Part shown: positions 62,215 to 64,000 of the stretch, one piece after another
Numbering within the stretch: the first letter of the stretch is position 1
Layout: every line of letters starts with the position of its first letter
Source: Lama glama
Lineage: Eukaryota
Direction: 5' to 3'
Length of the DNA stretch: 64,000 nt
NCBI GenBank assembly: GCA_028534125.1
Contig: CM052816.1
Coordinates: 9,178,001 to 9,242,000 of the forward strand
Notes under the pieces: model-generated
Databases searched by the model: none
The model's input: only the letters and a program-made list of their open reading frames with translations
What the model was told of the DNA's origin: nothing
Position numbers and translations under genes: made by a program

Positions 62215-62445
62215 TAGTAGCTCTAGAGTCAAGTTGCTAAATTCAAATCCTAGCTCCTCTATTTATTATCGGTGTTGTCCTGGCCAAGCCTTTTAATCTC
62301 TCTGAGCGATTAATATCTTAATATCTGTAAAACAAGGTAATAATAATAATATCTACTTCACAGGGATGCTGTTAGACTAAATAGATACTAACTTCCAAAG
62401 AACTTGGAACAATGCTGGCACATTGTTTTCAATAAATGCTAATGG
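62215..62445 (+). mobile_element. MIR SINE
   Basis: ttcaaatcctagctcc..aatctctctgagc..atctgtaaaacaaggtaataataata..cttcacagggatgctg. Confidence 0.8.
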
Positions 62446-62533
62446 TAAGTAATAATCATTAAATAATTATTTTGTTCACCACCCTTCATTTGCTTTTTTG
62501 GTGTTAATTCTAGAACCATTTCTTGCACATTTT

Positions 62534-62639
62534 TTAAAATTTAAGTTTTTAATTCATTTTGAACTGATTTTTGTATATGATGTAAGAGAGGAGTCTGGTT
62601 TCATTCTTTGGTATTTGTCCAATTTTCCCAGTATCATTG
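62534..62639 (-). mobile_element. Internal L1 ORF2 fragment, sharing a TSD with the adjacent SINE
   Basis: - strand AATGATACTGGGAAAATTGGACAAATACCAAAGAATGAAACCAGACTCCTCTCTTACATCATATACAAAAATCAGTTCAAAATGAATTAAAAACTTAAAT resembles the L1 ORF2 region encoding W-ENW...RMKLD-YL-PYTKINSKWIKDLN. Confidence 0.8.
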
Positions 62640-62788
62640 TTTTTTAATTTTTAAAATTTAAAAAAAAATTTTGCGGGGGAGGTAATTAAGTTTATTTATT
62701 TATTTTTTAGCAGAAGTACTGGGGATTGAACCCAGGACCTCCTACATGCTAGATGTGAACTCTACCACTGACCTATACCCTCCCCTCC
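62640..62788 (-). mobile_element. tRNA-derived camelid SINE (Vic-type)
   Basis: - strand GGGGAGGGTATAGGTCAGTGGTAGAG (A box)...GGTCCTGGGTTCAATCCCCAGTAC (B box)...(TAAA)n CTTAATTACCTCCCCC and an A/T tail. Confidence 0.9.
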
Positions 62789-63721
62789 TTTGCACATTTT
62801 AGAAATCAGAGTAATACCAACTTTGAAATGGTTCTAGAAGTTACCAAATTCAGCCCTTCTTTTTGCTGCTAAGGAAATTGAGCCTCAGGGGGTGAAGCTA
62901 CTTACTCATCTAGTGGCAGAGCCAGGAAGAGGGTACAGGGGTCTTTGCTCTTGTCTGCTGGCTTTCTATACATCACAGTTCTCTGATGAGGATTAATTAA
63001 TTAAGGATGACCATATTTTTCTGCTAGTTTGCTTAAAAAAAATCGCAAGCATGTAATTAAATAAATAAATACTGAAACCTTGCCAATAAGATTTGTTGTT
63101 TAAAGAATTGGAAGCAGGAAAATGGGATTTATACACTACTTTCTGTCTCTGTGTTTTGGAGGACTTTGGATGTTGGCTCCCAGGGGTCCAGTAGCCCTGC
63201 CTCCCTCCCCTACCCAGCCCTCCATGCCTCTTGGGGAGCAAGGATCAGCCCCAAGATAACCTCATGCCTCTTCTCAACAGCCCTCCTACTTTACTTCTTA
63301 GAATACCAGTTCCAGAGCCAGTGCTCTCAGCTTGTGTGGTTTAAATTATTGACGGATGTGCTGCCAAACTTTTTTCAAAGTGTGTAAAATTTATTTTTGC
63401 TTCAGCTGCGCATCACACTACGGCAAAGATGCCTGCAGGGGAGAACTCTGAGCTAAGTGGATGGTGTGATGTCCTGCAGAGTGGGGTCACTGGCTGTGAA
63501 GAGGTGTGCTGTGATGCTGAGGCATTCCAAGAAAGGCTTTACTAGAATAGCTGGCGACTTTGTTTTGGGAATTTATCAGAAAGCATGATCAGGGCAGAGC
63601 CAAGTTCAAGTCAGCTTTCACCTCAGGACTGAGGGGCCCTGAATGAACATGGAGTTCTGACTGCCCTGTGGAGAGACCTTGCTGAACAACCCCGGACCCG
63701 TCCGTGCACATTGCCCGCGTT

Positions 63722-64000
63722 ACTGGTTTCAAGTGTGCTGCCCCAAATTCCAGAATTTGAAAGTGTACTGTGAGCAAAAATGTCTGAGAGCCATTGTCCT
63801 CAGCATGATATGGAACAAAGTGTTCCCTGGTGATGTAATTTTGTGCAATACTAGGTTGAACAAAGTTCAGTCACTGCAGGATTTCTCAGCGACTTTAATG
63901 TATTAACGTATGTGGTAACTTTTCCAGAGCAGCTGTAGAATGCAGCATTTATGCATCTCTTTTGGTCACAGAGCTATGTTTGTCTTTCCAAAAACGTATG
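63722..64000. mobile_element. hAT-Charlie-like DNA transposon fragment, runs off the window end
   Basis: ggttgaacaaagtt..actgcaggatttctcagcgactttaat..tagaatgcagcattt. Confidence 0.6.

Noticed and set aside
62715..62788. tRNA-like sequence with A and B boxes
   Set aside because: It is the head of a tRNA-derived SINE, not a functional tRNA.
1..64000. CRISPR arrays, operons, CpG-island promoter, processed pseudogene
   Set aside because: The sequence is eukaryotic; I saw no repeat-spacer array, no CpG island and no recognisable intronless gene copy.

Overview
Mammalian nuclear DNA, CpG-depleted and rich in ancient interspersed repeats (MIR, L2, L3/CR1, MaLR/ERVL LTRs, hAT MITEs, old L1). A tRNA-derived SINE of the camelid Vic type (62640-62788) and a young camelid-like L1 3' end (23841-24287) point to a camelid genome (alpaca/llama/camel). 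I could not support any protein-coding gene, tRNA, rRNA or known miRNA. The listed ORFs are explained by repeats, simple sequence or chance. The window reads as intronic or intergenic, and the antisense bias of its LTRs weakly suggests an intron of a + strand transcript. The best-supported unusual observations are: (1) one target-site duplication enclosing both a SINE and about 105 bp of internal L1 ORF2 sequence (SINE 3' transduction or SINE-L1 chimera); (2) a 5'-inverted (twin-primed) L1; (3) a CTCF core motif with its upstream module; (4) a non-repetitive block with a TTTGACC motif at exact 28-bp spacing; (5) several small + strand exon-like segments with GTAAG donors. I found no convincing novel biological system. 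All repeat family names are by-eye recognitions from memory, not database results, and boundaries are approximate unless a TSD is given.
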